A stretch of DNA of 64,000 nt from an uncultured Erysipelotrichaceae bacterium (GTDB lineage Bacteria; Bacillota_I; Bacilli_A; RF39; UBA660), in assembly GCA_902793375.1 (NCBI GenBank), contig CADBDE010000002.1:15810-79809 (forward strand), written 5' to 3'. The notes under the pieces were generated by a model. That model did no database searches, was not told where the DNA came from, and saw nothing but the letters and a program-made list of their open reading frames with translations. Position 1 is the first letter of the stretch. Each line of letters begins with the position of its first letter. Made by a program: the position numbers and the translations under genes. Shown here piece after piece: positions 17,506 to 26,338 of the stretch.

Positions 17506-18687
17506 CTATCTATTAATTATATTTAAAGTATCTCTTGCAATCATTAACTCTTCGTTAGTTGGTACTACATAAACAGCTACAGTTGAATCATCTGTACTAA
17601 TTTTTGCAAATTTACCTCTTATATTATTTGCTTCAGGATCAATTTTAATTCCAAGACATGCTAGTTTTTCAATAACTGCAGCACGTGTCTCTGGACTGTT
17701 TTCACCAATTCCTGCAGTAAATGCTATAGCATCTACATGTCCAAGTAATACATAATATTGTGCAATATATTTAACAATTGAATTAACATACATTTCTTCT
17801 GCTAAAATACATTTTTCATTTCCAGCTTTTATACCTTCTTCTATATCTCTTGAATCACTACTTAATTCAGATACACCAAGAAATCCTGATTTTTTATTTA
17901 AATCATTCATGATTTCTCCAGCACTTTTTCCTTCTTTTTCCATTATGTATGGAACTATAGAAACGTCAATATCTCCACTTCTAGTTCCCATCATAATTCC
18001 AGCATGTGGAGTAAATCCCATAGATGTATCAACACATTTTTCATCTTTAATAGCAGTTATACTTCCGCCATTACCTAAGTGACATGAAATAATATCTAAA
18101 TCATCCTCACCTAATTCAGTTTTTAAAGTTTGTGCAATATATCTATGACTAGTTCCATGAGCTCCATATTTTCTTATATGATATTTTTCATACCATGAAT
18201 ATGGAACAGGATATAAAAATCTTGCTTTTTCAATTGTTTGATGATATGCAGTATCAAATACTACTACCATTGGAGTTTTTGGTAAAACTTCACGGAATGC
18301 TTTTATACATACAGCATGAGCAGGATTATGAAGTGGTGCATAATCACTAAATCTAATGATATCTTCAACTACTTCATCTGTAACCATAACTGATTCTGTA
18401 TACTTATCTCCTCCATGAACTATTCTATGACCTACACCTTCAATTTCCTCTAAATTTGATATTACTTTTAATTCTAAAAGTTTTTCAAGTAAGATTTTTA
18501 CAGCTGTGGCATGACTATCTAATTCTTGTTCAACTTTTATTTTATCTCCTTTATATTTTAATGTATAAAGACCACCTTCAATCCCTATACGTTCGAAATT
18601 ACCAGAAATTAATACTTCTTCATTATTCATGTCAAATAAACAAAATTTTAAAGAACTACTTCCAGCATTAATTGACATTATTTTCAT
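17506..18687 (-). CDS. ackA: acetate kinase
   Basis: MKIMSINAGSSSLKF, VGHRIVHGG, CHLGNGGS and TAGIGEN. Start at the ATG behind AGAGGGA. Confidence 0.95.
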   Translation of the reverse strand: MKIMSINAGSSSLKFCLFDMNNEEVLISGNFERIGIEGGLYTLKYKGDKIKVEQELDSHATAVKILLEKLLELKVISNLEEIEGVGHRIVHGGDKYTESVMVTDEVVEDIIRFSDYAPLHNPAHAVCIKAFREVLPKTPMVVVFDTAYHQTIEKARFLYPVPYSWYEKYHIRKYGAHGTSHRYIAQTLKTELGEDDLDIISCHLGNGGSITAIKDEKCVDTSMGFTPHAGIMMGTRSGDIDVSIVPYIMEKEGKSAGEIMNDLNKKSGFLGVSELSSDSRDIEEGIKAGNEKCILAEEMYVNSIVKYIAQYYVLLGHVDAIAFTAGIGENSPETRAAVIEKLACLGIKIDPEANNIRGKFAKISTDDSTVAVYVVPTNEELMIARDTLNIINR

Positions 18688-18752
18688 AATTATCCCTCTT
18701 TCTAACACTAATATTTTATCAAATAAAATATAATTTGTGAATATAAAAGACT

Positions 18753-19865
18753 TTAAAAGTCTTTTTTATTCTTAATATCTATAACTACATATTCTGCTAA
18801 AGTTCCTGTTTTAAATTTAACAGCCCAATCTCCTATTCCAGAACTTACTATAAATGTTGTATTATCTCTTTCTTCAATTCCATAAATTTGATTATTAGCT
18901 CCAATCATTTTATCAATAATCATTAATGGAAAAACTTGTCCTCCATGGGTATGTCCTGAAATAACTAAATCAACTTTTGCATTTTTTTCATTTTCATAAT
19001 CATTTGGTTGATGATTTAAATCTATAACATAGTAATTATCATCTATTTCATTCATCAATTCTTGAATTGGTCTTCTATTCCTTACAGATCTATCTTGTCT
19101 TCCAAGTAAATAAATGTTTCCAACTATATTAAGTCCATTATCTTCTAAAATAGTTACATTATTCTTAGCTAATTCTTCTCTAATTTCTTTATCTCCATAT
19201 TTTCTATTATTAAAGTATCCTCTATCATGATTTCCATAAACAAAGTATACTCCATATTTTGTTTTAAGTGCTCCTAGACCTTCACAACTCCTAATAAAAT
19301 CATCATAACGTGTATCATCATCAACAAAGTCACCTGTTACTACTACAATATCTGGATTAGTTTTATTAATATCTAGCATATAGTTATAAAATTTATCTCC
19401 ATTCATTGTTGCTCCAACATGACTATCTGTTATTTGAACTATTCTAAAACTATCAACACCTATATCTTTTTTTGCTAAAACATCATAATGAGTTTCTACA
19501 ACATGATGGGCAACATAATATGCATATCCCAAGTAAATAATGGTAAAAACAAAACATATAGATACAACGATTTCTTGTCCATATTTAAACTTCATTTTTC
19601 TTTTGCAAATACATACTATATCATATATTAATTCACCTAAAAGTAGTATAAAAAAGAAATGAAGCACAATAACATTTGCATTAGTTGGATTCCACCATAA
19701 CAATAAGAAAGTAATTAATAAAAATATATATGATAATAAAAATCTTTTCTTTTTATCTTTTATTCTTTCAATACATTCAAACTTTCTTACTTTTCTTGCA
19801 ATATAAATATTAACTGGTACAAGTACTATTAAAGTAATAGTAAGTACTAACAAAAACCATGTCAT
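18753..19865 (-). CDS. membrane-anchored metallophosphoesterase
   Basis: N-terminal TMs, then ITDSHVG, TGDFVDD, GNHD and GHTHGGQ. The true start is the ATG at 19865 behind AGGTGA. The longer track ORF runs through the upstream terminator hairpin. Confidence 0.8.
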   Translation of the reverse strand: MTWFLLVLTITLIVLVPVNIYIARKVRKFECIERIKDKKKRFLLSYIFLLITFLLLWWNPTNANVIVLHFFFILLLGELIYDIVCICKRKMKFKYGQEIVVSICFVFTIIYLGYAYYVAHHVVETHYDVLAKKDIGVDSFRIVQITDSHVGATMNGDKFYNYMLDINKTNPDIVVVTGDFVDDDTRYDDFIRSCEGLGALKTKYGVYFVYGNHDRGYFNNRKYGDKEIREELAKNNVTILEDNGLNIVGNIYLLGRQDRSVRNRRPIQELMNEIDDNYYVIDLNHQPNDYENEKNAKVDLVISGHTHGGQVFPLMIIDKMIGANNQIYGIEERDNTTFIVSSGIGDWAVKFKTGTLAEYVVIDIKNKKDF

Positions 19866-19891
19866 ATAATAATCACCTACTAAAATTATAA

Positions 19892-19919
19892 CAAAAAAGA
19901 TGTACATTTTGTACATCTT
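19892..19919 (-). terminator. rho-independent terminator (its T-run merges into a TGTTATAAT extended -10 for the next gene)
   Basis: Minus strand: AAGATGTACA-aaa-TGTACATCTT, followed by TTTTTTGTTATAAT. Confidence 0.65.
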
Positions 19920-19922
19920 ATA

Positions 19923-21086
19923 TTACCATTTATCCATATTTTTTTCTACTTTTCTATCTCTAATTCTAATTATTATGAATGCTAGTATTCCTATTCCTAC
20001 AATAATTCCTGCAAATATTATAGCTAACTTTTTTTGATCATCTGTTATCTCAAAAAAATCATTATTATTTTTTCTTTCTTCTTTTATTCTTTTAACATTA
20101 ATAATATACTTTTTTTCATCTTTATTTTCTGCAGTTACTGTTATTACAATCTTATTATTGTTTTCTTCCAAGTTATTTGCACCAACTACTTCAACTTTAG
20201 CATTTGTTGCTTCAGCTATAGCATTTACTTTTAATTCATTAACTTCTTGAGGTACTTCAATTGAATAAATAGATTGATGTTTGTTAAAGTCTATTGAATA
20301 TCCTTCTATTTCTAGACTCTTTAAATAATTATTAAATGCTTTATTAGAAATATCAGTAGAATCATCATCTTTTTTATTTGGATTTGAATTAGTATTTGTG
20401 TTTGTAGTAGTAGTTTTTTTCTTAACACTTGTTTCAGTTTCTTTCTTTATTTCTTGTTGTAGATTTACATTACTTTTTTCTTCAATTACAAACTTAGGAG
20501 TATTATCCTTTGGTCTTGGTTGTTCTTCATATTTTGAAATAGAAATAGTAAAGTTAGTATCTATTGAAAATACTGTTGTTTTTAAATCACTTTCTGATAT
20601 TTGATTTTTACCATCAGTATTAATAAATATTCCAGCTAATTTAGTAACTTTAACAGTAGTACTTGTTTTATCAGTTTCTTTAATACCAAATGATAATGAT
20701 ACAGTTGCACTATCACAATAAGATACTTTATTTGGACAGAATTTTGAATCCATATTTCCATTTAAATGTCCTTCAACATAATACTTTCCAGAGTTTGCAT
20801 CTTTATACATTGTAACATCCCATGAATCGTTTGCTACTATATCATATATATCAATAGTACTATCATCAAATTCAAGTTCAAATATATACACTAAAAATCC
20901 ATTTGATGGTTGATCTTCACTACTTGCTCTATTTATATCTTTAAAGTCAACAGTAAAATCAAGACTAGATATATCTCCAACTTTCATATTACTTGTACTT
21001 TTAATTGAAACTGAATTTGATCTTTCAGCATAAACAACTATTGGAAAAATAAACATCATTAGCAATAGAACTATTACTTTTTTCAT
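19923..21086 (-). CDS. surface protein: signal peptide, cohesin-like region, Thr/Asn linker, cadherin-like beta-sandwich domain, C-terminal TM anchor
   Basis: Signal peptide MKKVIVLLLMMFIFPIVVYA. NNYLKSLEIEGYSIDFNKHQSIYSIEVPQEVNELKVNAIA...KYIINVKR matches the cadherin-like beta-sandwich family pattern. C-terminus LAIIFAGIIVGIGILAFIIIRIRDRK. Confidence 0.6.
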   Translation of the reverse strand: MKKVIVLLLMMFIFPIVVYAERSNSVSIKSTSNMKVGDISSLDFTVDFKDINRASSEDQPSNGFLVYIFELEFDDSTIDIYDIVANDSWDVTMYKDANSGKYYVEGHLNGNMDSKFCPNKVSYCDSATVSLSFGIKETDKTSTTVKVTKLAGIFINTDGKNQISESDLKTTVFSIDTNFTISISKYEEQPRPKDNTPKFVIEEKSNVNLQQEIKKETETSVKKKTTTTNTNTNSNPNKKDDDSTDISNKAFNNYLKSLEIEGYSIDFNKHQSIYSIEVPQEVNELKVNAIAEATNAKVEVVGANNLEENNNKIVITVTAENKDEKKYIINVKRIKEERKNNNDFFEITDDQKKLAIIFAGIIVGIGILAFIIIRIRDRKVEKNMDKW

Positions 21087-21117
21087 TTCAAACACTTCCC
21101 TATATTATTTAGTATAA

Positions 21118-21152
21118 CAAAAAACCTAGTAATAAACAATTATTACTAGGTT
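21118..21152 (-). terminator. rho-independent terminator of the SASP gene
   Basis: Minus strand: AACCTAGTAATAA-4 nt-TTATTACTAGGTT (13-bp stem), followed by TTTTTTG. Confidence 0.75.
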
Positions 21153-21158
21153 ATATTA

Positions 21159-21368
21159 TTATTTATTCTTTCCTTTATCAACTAATCTCTTAGTAATTTC
21201 ACCACCAACTCTTCCGTTAGCTCGAGATGTTGCATCAGGTCCTAAATGTACACCAAATTCAGAAGCAATTTCATACTTCATGTTATCCATTGATGTAGTA
21301 TTTGATTTAGGTGTAGATGATTTTCTACTTCTTTTTGTAGTACTACCTTTTTTTGGCCCTCTTTTCAT
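21159..21368 (-). CDS. alpha/beta-type small acid-soluble spore protein
   Basis: [33 protein letters not shown] is the conserved SASP alpha/beta signature. AGGAGGTGA RBS. Located after thiI, as sspB is in B. subtilis. The basic, S/T-rich N-terminal extension is unusual. Confidence 0.85.
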   Translation of the reverse strand: MKRGPKKGSTTKRSRKSSTPKSNTTSMDNMKYEIASEFGVHLGPDATSRANGRVGGEITKRLVDKGKNK

Positions 21369-21388
21369 AGTTTCACCTCCTACATTTA

Positions 21389-21417
21389 TAGGATGTGAAT
21401 AATTTTAATTTTTATAC
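21389..21417 (-). promoter_or_regulatory. forespore (sigma-G/F-type) promoter of the SASP gene
   Basis: Minus strand GTATA (21417-21413), a 17-nt spacer, then CATCCTA (21395-21389). It matches the B. subtilis G/F consensus (-35 GnATr/GTATA, -10 CATnnTA) and lies about 20 nt upstream of the RBS. Confidence 0.5.
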
Positions 21418-21418
21418 T

Positions 21419-22606
21419 TTATAACAGATCATCAAATTCTTTATCATTATTTTCAGTAATTGTAATCGTTTTAATATTTTTTAAGCACTTATTAATTAGA
21501 TCTTTATAATCAAATCTTTCTTCCATTTCATCACATAAACTTAATTTTGGATTAATTACTGGATGTTTTGGAACAAAAACAGTACAACAATCTTCAAAAG
21601 GTAAAATACTGATGTCATATGTATCTATTTTTCTAGCAATATCCATTATTTCCAACTTATCAAGACAAGCTACTGGTCTAATCACCGGATAATTAGTAAC
21701 ATTATTAATTACATGCATACTTGTTAATGTTTGACTAGCCACTTGTCCAACAGATTCACCATTAATAATTGCCAAACATTTTCTTCTCTTTGCCATTCTC
21801 TCAGTAATTCTATACATCATTCTTCTCATAATTGTAATTACATAATCAGGATCAGCTGTTTTATAAATATTTTCTTGAATCTCAGTAAATGGAACAATAT
21901 GAAGTTTTATACTATTAGTATATACAGCTAACTTTTTACATAAATCAATTACTTTATTTCTTGCATTAATACTTGTATGAGGAATTGCTTCAAAGTATAG
22001 TGCTTCAACATGTATTCCTCTTTTCATAGCTAAATAACCTGCAACTGGAGAATCTATTCCTCCACTTAACATAAGCATTCCTTTACCTAAAGTATTATTT
22101 GGATATCCACCCAATCCATAATAATAATTAGTATATATATAAGTATAATCTTTTCTTATTTCTACATTAACAAGTAATTCAGGATTATGAACATCTACTT
22201 TTATATTGTCTATATTTTTAAGAATTAAACCACCTAGTTGTTTTGAAAATTCTTGGCTATTTATAGGAAATTCTTTATAACTTCGTTTAGTTTCCACTTT
22301 AAATGAATTGAAAGATTCTTTTTTAACTATTTCAAGTACTTTTGTTTTTATTTCTTCTTCATTAGTATCTATTTTATAAGCAACTAAGTACTCATGTATT
22401 CCAAATATGTTATTAACTCTCTTTAATATTTCATCTAAATCATTATCATTAAATTCAATATACATTCTTGATAAATCTTTAAAAATTACTACATTATAAT
22501 CTTTTAACTTATTTTGAATACTTTTATATAACAAATTAACAAAGAAATTTCTATTTCCTTTTTTTGTTGTTAATTCTCCATATTTAATTAATACTACTCT
22601 TTTCAT
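21419..22606 (-). CDS. thiI: tRNA 4-thiouridine(8) synthase ThiI
   Basis: THUMP N-terminal region plus the PP-loop SGGIDSPVA. Start at the ATG behind AGGTGA. Confidence 0.9.
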   Translation of the reverse strand: MKRVVLIKYGELTTKKGNRNFFVNLLYKSIQNKLKDYNVVIFKDLSRMYIEFNDNDLDEILKRVNNIFGIHEYLVAYKIDTNEEEIKTKVLEIVKKESFNSFKVETKRSYKEFPINSQEFSKQLGGLILKNIDNIKVDVHNPELLVNVEIRKDYTYIYTNYYYGLGGYPNNTLGKGMLMLSGGIDSPVAGYLAMKRGIHVEALYFEAIPHTSINARNKVIDLCKKLAVYTNSIKLHIVPFTEIQENIYKTADPDYVITIMRRMMYRITERMAKRRKCLAIINGESVGQVASQTLTSMHVINNVTNYPVIRPVACLDKLEIMDIARKIDTYDISILPFEDCCTVFVPKHPVINPKLSLCDEMEERFDYKDLINKCLKNIKTITITENNDKEFDDLL

Positions 22607-22643
22607 AATCATCACCTGCTTTAAAAATAGGTTTATAATAAAC

Positions 22644-23273
22644 CTATTTTACTTCTACGATAAATAATTTTTTATCTACATGTACTAGTTTTAGATTAAT
22701 ATCTTTTGGATATCCCATTTCTTTTTCATATGTTAAAGAAAGTGACACTGCATAACCATTTTGATCATTTAATTCACCAATTGCCACTGGAGTTTTAGTA
22801 ACTGCTTTAGCTTCAACTCCTGTAACTTTTGGAAGTTCTTGATTTCTATCACCATAAACATTAGACTGTACAAACTTGTAAATTGTATCAGTTGCTTTAA
22901 GTATAAAATTCTCCTTAATATTTTCATAGATAAAATCTAGTCCACCAACATCTGTACTAGTTAATTTATCACTTAATGAGTAAAAGTCAATTGAAAATAA
23001 TTCTGAAACAATTTTTGCATATTCATCTTCATTTACTACTTCTTTTAATAATTCTTCTTTTAATTTAGAAAAATACTCTTTATATAAATCAGATTTATTA
23101 TCATATAAAGTATAGTCAAACTCTTTTGTTTGAATTTCATCTTCTTTTTTTACTTCATCAGTTTTTGGCTTAGATTCTTTCTTAGTTGCTTTCATGAAAA
23201 CTATTCCAAATGATAGGATTGCAACAACTATTAAAACAATTATTAATATTTTTTTTACATTTTTTTTCTTCAT
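22644..23273 (-). CDS. membrane-anchored hypothetical protein
   Basis: N-terminal TM (ILIIVLIVVAILSFGIVFM) and an extracytoplasmic domain. Its start is 2 nt after the LtaS-family stop. Confidence 0.5.
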   Translation of the reverse strand: MKKKNVKKILIIVLIVVAILSFGIVFMKATKKESKPKTDEVKKEDEIQTKEFDYTLYDNKSDLYKEYFSKLKEELLKEVVNEDEYAKIVSELFSIDFYSLSDKLTSTDVGGLDFIYENIKENFILKATDTIYKFVQSNVYGDRNQELPKVTGVEAKAVTKTPVAIGELNDQNGYAVSLSLTYEKEMGYPKDINLKLVHVDKKLFIVEVK

Positions 23274-23275
23274 AT

Positions 23276-25441
23276 TTATTGCCCCTTTATAACACTGCTC
23301 TCATTTACTGTTTCAACTCTTGAATTTTTAATTAAATTATATACTAAAGTATTATTTGATACAGATAGTAATTTATCTGCATATTCGCTATTTTTTTGAA
23401 TTGTTTCATTGCTAACAACTGTTCCAGATATTATATAAGACTCTTCTTTTTGATTATTATAATAAATATCTTTTGTCAACCAATTTCCAGTTGGAAAAAC
23501 AACTAAATTATTTTCTTTAATATCAAATATATCATGTCCTAAAGCATATTTATTATAGAATCCAAACATATTACCTAAAGTAGGCATCATATCATACATT
23601 CCCATTGGATAATCTATTGTTTTTGGACTTTTTTCTATTTCTTTAGACCATATTATAAGTGGTACTTTCCTATTTAATTCGTATGTATAATCATTAAAAT
23701 CAACATAATTAGGATCATCTTCTTCTAATACATCATCTGTTTCTGGATTATAGTTATAAAGTCTAATATAGTTACTCATTGGAAGTCTTGCATCATGATC
23801 TCCATAGAATACTATTACAGTATTTTCAAGTAATCCTTCTTTTTCCAATTCTTCAAAGAATAATCCTAAAGCATAATCAGCATAATGAGCCGATTTAATA
23901 TAGTTACCTAACTTAGTATCTTCCATATAAGGATAAGTTACTTCCTCAACAGTTCCATCATCATTAGTCTTTGTTGTCTTTAAATCAACTGGAAATTCAC
24001 CATATTTATCAGTTTCAGAAAAAGGAGTGTGATTAGTAAGCATTATAAATGTACCATAATATTTTCCATGTTTTTCTACAATTTCTTTTAATTTAGGAAT
24101 AGATTGTCTAAAGAATGATACATCAGATAAACCAAGCCCAATTACTTCATCTATTTCATATTTATCTTTTGCTATTAACTCATCATAACCAAGATTCTTA
24201 TGCATTATTCTTCTATTCCAATAATCACCTTTATTAGCATGCATTGCAAAACTGTAATATCCTTTTTCTTTTAATAGTTTAGGAATAGAAACATACTCTT
24301 TATCAGCATAATCACTGAAAGCTGTTCCAATATTTGCAGGCATTAGTGAAGTATTTAAAGTAAATTCAGTATCACTACTTGTTCCTACACTAACTTGTGT
24401 ATAAAAGTTATTAAAATACATACTTTTACTTGCTAATTTATTTAAATTTGGAGTTACTTCTTCTCCATTAAATTTTAATCCAATTAAAAAGTTTTGTATA
24501 CTTTCTCCATGTATTGCCAAAATATTCTTTCCTTCAAAAATACCTGTATATTCATTGGATTTTGAAGGTTTAGCATCTTTATAATATTCATTAAACTCTT
24601 TTAATGCTGAATCATATCCAAAAAGTGCTGCAAATTTTGGCTCTAAACTTTTTATTAAATCATTTACGTGATATACATATATTCCATATTTCTTAACAAT
24701 ATACTCTCTATTCCATTGCTTAGTTAATCTACTTACATCTGTTCCTGTTAATGTTAAGCAAAAAATAACTTCACATACAGCAGCAAAAATAATTGTGTTT
24801 TTAAAACTTTTTTTGTTTTTTGTATAAAACTTTGAATTAATATAATTTTTTTCTCTTTTATATTTCATTCTCAATATAATAAATATTATAGGCATTATTA
24901 CATATATTAAATCCTTAGGTTGTAATACATTTTCAACAACAGCATCTCCTTGATCTGTAATAAATCTTGCTGTTGATAATAACGATACTGAGGAAAAAGA
25001 AGTATAGAAAGTATAATAAGCTGAATTTAATACGCAAAGTGCAGATAAAAAGATTGTAATAATTAATAAATATATAAATCTTCCTTTTTCATTAAATAAA
25101 TATCCAAACGAACCAACTATTAAAACAAATGCTAAATCTGATAACAAAGCATCTAATGCAAAAAGACTATCACTTCCAATGGTAAACATTCTTAATATCA
25201 AACCATTTATGACATTTATAATTACAAAAAATAAAAATAATTTATTATTAATTAATATATCCTTGATAGTTGAAAAAAAGTCTTTTGTTGATTTTTTGGG
25301 GTTTTCTTTTACATTCTTTACTTTTTCTTTAAAAGATATCTTCTTTTTTTCTTCTATATGTTTTTCTTCATATTCTTTTTTAGATATGCTATTCTTTTTA
25401 TTTGTTTTTTTATCAAGCTTCTTATCAACTTTTTTACTCAT
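23276..25441 (-). CDS. LTA synthase family protein (polytopic N-terminus + sulfatase/alkaline-phosphatase-type domain)
   Basis: Lys-rich cytoplasmic N-terminus and 5 TM. The extracellular sulfatase-like domain has ILAIHGESIQNF, TSSDTEFT and FYGDHDA. Confidence 0.8.
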   Translation of the reverse strand: MSKKVDKKLDKKTNKKNSISKKEYEEKHIEEKKKISFKEKVKNVKENPKKSTKDFFSTIKDILINNKLFLFFVIINVINGLILRMFTIGSDSLFALDALLSDLAFVLIVGSFGYLFNEKGRFIYLLIITIFLSALCVLNSAYYTFYTSFSSVSLLSTARFITDQGDAVVENVLQPKDLIYVIMPIIFIILRMKYKREKNYINSKFYTKNKKSFKNTIIFAAVCEVIFCLTLTGTDVSRLTKQWNREYIVKKYGIYVYHVNDLIKSLEPKFAALFGYDSALKEFNEYYKDAKPSKSNEYTGIFEGKNILAIHGESIQNFLIGLKFNGEEVTPNLNKLASKSMYFNNFYTQVSVGTSSDTEFTLNTSLMPANIGTAFSDYADKEYVSIPKLLKEKGYYSFAMHANKGDYWNRRIMHKNLGYDELIAKDKYEIDEVIGLGLSDVSFFRQSIPKLKEIVEKHGKYYGTFIMLTNHTPFSETDKYGEFPVDLKTTKTNDDGTVEEVTYPYMEDTKLGNYIKSAHYADYALGLFFEELEKEGLLENTVIVFYGDHDARLPMSNYIRLYNYNPETDDVLEEDDPNYVDFNDYTYELNRKVPLIIWSKEIEKSPKTIDYPMGMYDMMPTLGNMFGFYNKYALGHDIFDIKENNLVVFPTGNWLTKDIYYNNQKEESYIISGTVVSNETIQKNSEYADKLLSVSNNTLVYNLIKNSRVETVNESSVIKGQ

Positions 25442-25488
25442 ATTAATACCTCGCAAACAATTATAACAAATGAAATAAGATTATTCAA

Positions 25489-26331
25489 TTATTGTTTCTT
25501 TTTATTTTCCTTTTCTAAGTCTTCTCTTGTTTTATCTCTTGCATAATTTAGACTCATTCCTAATACAAAAACATAAGATATTATGTTTAAGTAAAACATT
25601 AAACATAATATGTTAGATATACCACCATAATAGTTTTCAAAATCTGAAAAGTATTCTAAATAGAATGAATATCCCCAAGTAACTATTACAAGAAGAACTG
25701 ATGCAAAAATAGCACCATAAACTATTCTTCTTTTTCCTCTACCACTAGGAGAAAACTTATATAGTACACTGATGAATATAAATACTAATAAAAATGTTAC
25801 TGGATATTTTAAAATATGATATATTGTAACATATGTATTAGTAGCTAAATCTGACTTTGTTAAATCACCAATAAACATAAATAATTTATTATTAAAAATT
25901 GGTACAAAAAAGAGTATTACAAATAAAACTATAAGTATTATTAATAAAAGAAAAGATTTTATTTTATTAATAAAGAAATTTGATTTTTTAATACCATATA
26001 TAGAATTAGATGTAACAATCATCGAGTAAGTACCATTAGATGCAAGTAAAAGTGATCCTGCAAATAGAACCCACATACCTATTGAAGAAGAACTATCTCC
26101 TGAAATAGATATTATCATATTTGCAATATTAGGTGGAAAATTAGATATTAATGCATCATACACACTAGCTTTTCCAACATCTATATTAGATATAACAATA
26201 CCCAGTATTGTTAATAATGGAATAATCATCATCATAAAGAAAAAAGCCAGATTTCCAGGAAGGACTTCCATTTCTGGCCTTTTAATACTTATATATAGAT
26301 AATGTAAAAAGTTTTTTATTCTTTCTTTCAT
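25489..26331 (-). CDS. YihY/BrkB family membrane protein
   Basis: About 6 TM. N-terminus ...VLPGNLAFFFMMMIIPLLT is typical of YihY (AFY..LS.FPLL). Confidence 0.7.
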   Translation of the reverse strand: MKERIKNFLHYLYISIKRPEMEVLPGNLAFFFMMMIIPLLTILGIVISNIDVGKASVYDALISNFPPNIANMIISISGDSSSSIGMWVLFAGSLLLASNGTYSMIVTSNSIYGIKKSNFFINKIKSFLLLIILIVLFVILFFVPIFNNKLFMFIGDLTKSDLATNTYVTIYHILKYPVTFLLVFIFISVLYKFSPSGRGKRRIVYGAIFASVLLVIVTWGYSFYLEYFSDFENYYGGISNILCLMFYLNIISYVFVLGMSLNYARDKTREDLEKENKKKQ

Positions 26332-26338
26332 AATCCCT

